Source: Sulfurimonadaceae bacterium (GTDB taxonomy: Bacteria; Campylobacterota; Campylobacteria; Campylobacterales; Sulfurimonadaceae). Taken from it: a DNA stretch of 64,000 bases. The stretch covers positions 1,003-65,002 of the forward strand of contig CAWJRP010000018.1 of NCBI GenBank assembly GCA_963845295.1, written 5' to 3'. Within the stretch, counting starts at the first letter, position 1. Each line of letters begins with the position of its first letter. The translations under genes were made by a program, and so were the position numbers. Positions 63,236 to 64,000 of this stretch are shown here, in pieces. The notes under the pieces were generated by a model. That model was given only the letters and a program-made list of their open reading frames with translations, was not told where the DNA came from and made no database searches.

Positions 63236-64000
<765 letters not shown>

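Overview
The window joins two very different DNAs. Positions 1 to about 7280 are very GC-rich, Actinomycetota-like and riddled with frameshifts. They encode a DUF1015 protein, an L,D-transpeptidase, LarB, Ddl, a TadE/G-like protein, a PP2C phosphatase and a nucleotide-sugar dehydrogenase. At about 7280 the sequence switches abruptly, in frame, into the 3' end of flgH from a moderately AT-rich Campylobacterota genome (Sulfuricurvum/Sulfurimonas-like), which most likely marks a chimeric read or misassembly. The Campylobacterota part holds housekeeping genes (envC-like, ftsX, ftsE, trmB, rluD-like, rodA, ppa, pycB/oadA, argD), many c-di-GMP, chemotaxis and two-component genes, and two tRNA-anchored accessory islets. 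Downstream of a tRNA(CAT) lies a toxin-antitoxin patchwork punctuated by a short repeat, AAAAGTAGCCTGTCCC. Downstream of tRNA-Gly(TCC) lies a defence cluster of an RloC-like anticodon nuclease, DUF2130 and an AbiF/Abi_2 HEPN gene with a structured leader RNA. Other highlights are a bacterial Nudix protein resembling metazoan NUDT16, an apparently anchorless OadG-like protein with a triplicated His motif, and a FecR-OmpA-CHASE2/HD-GYP operon. All family calls come from reading motifs by eye; no searches were run.
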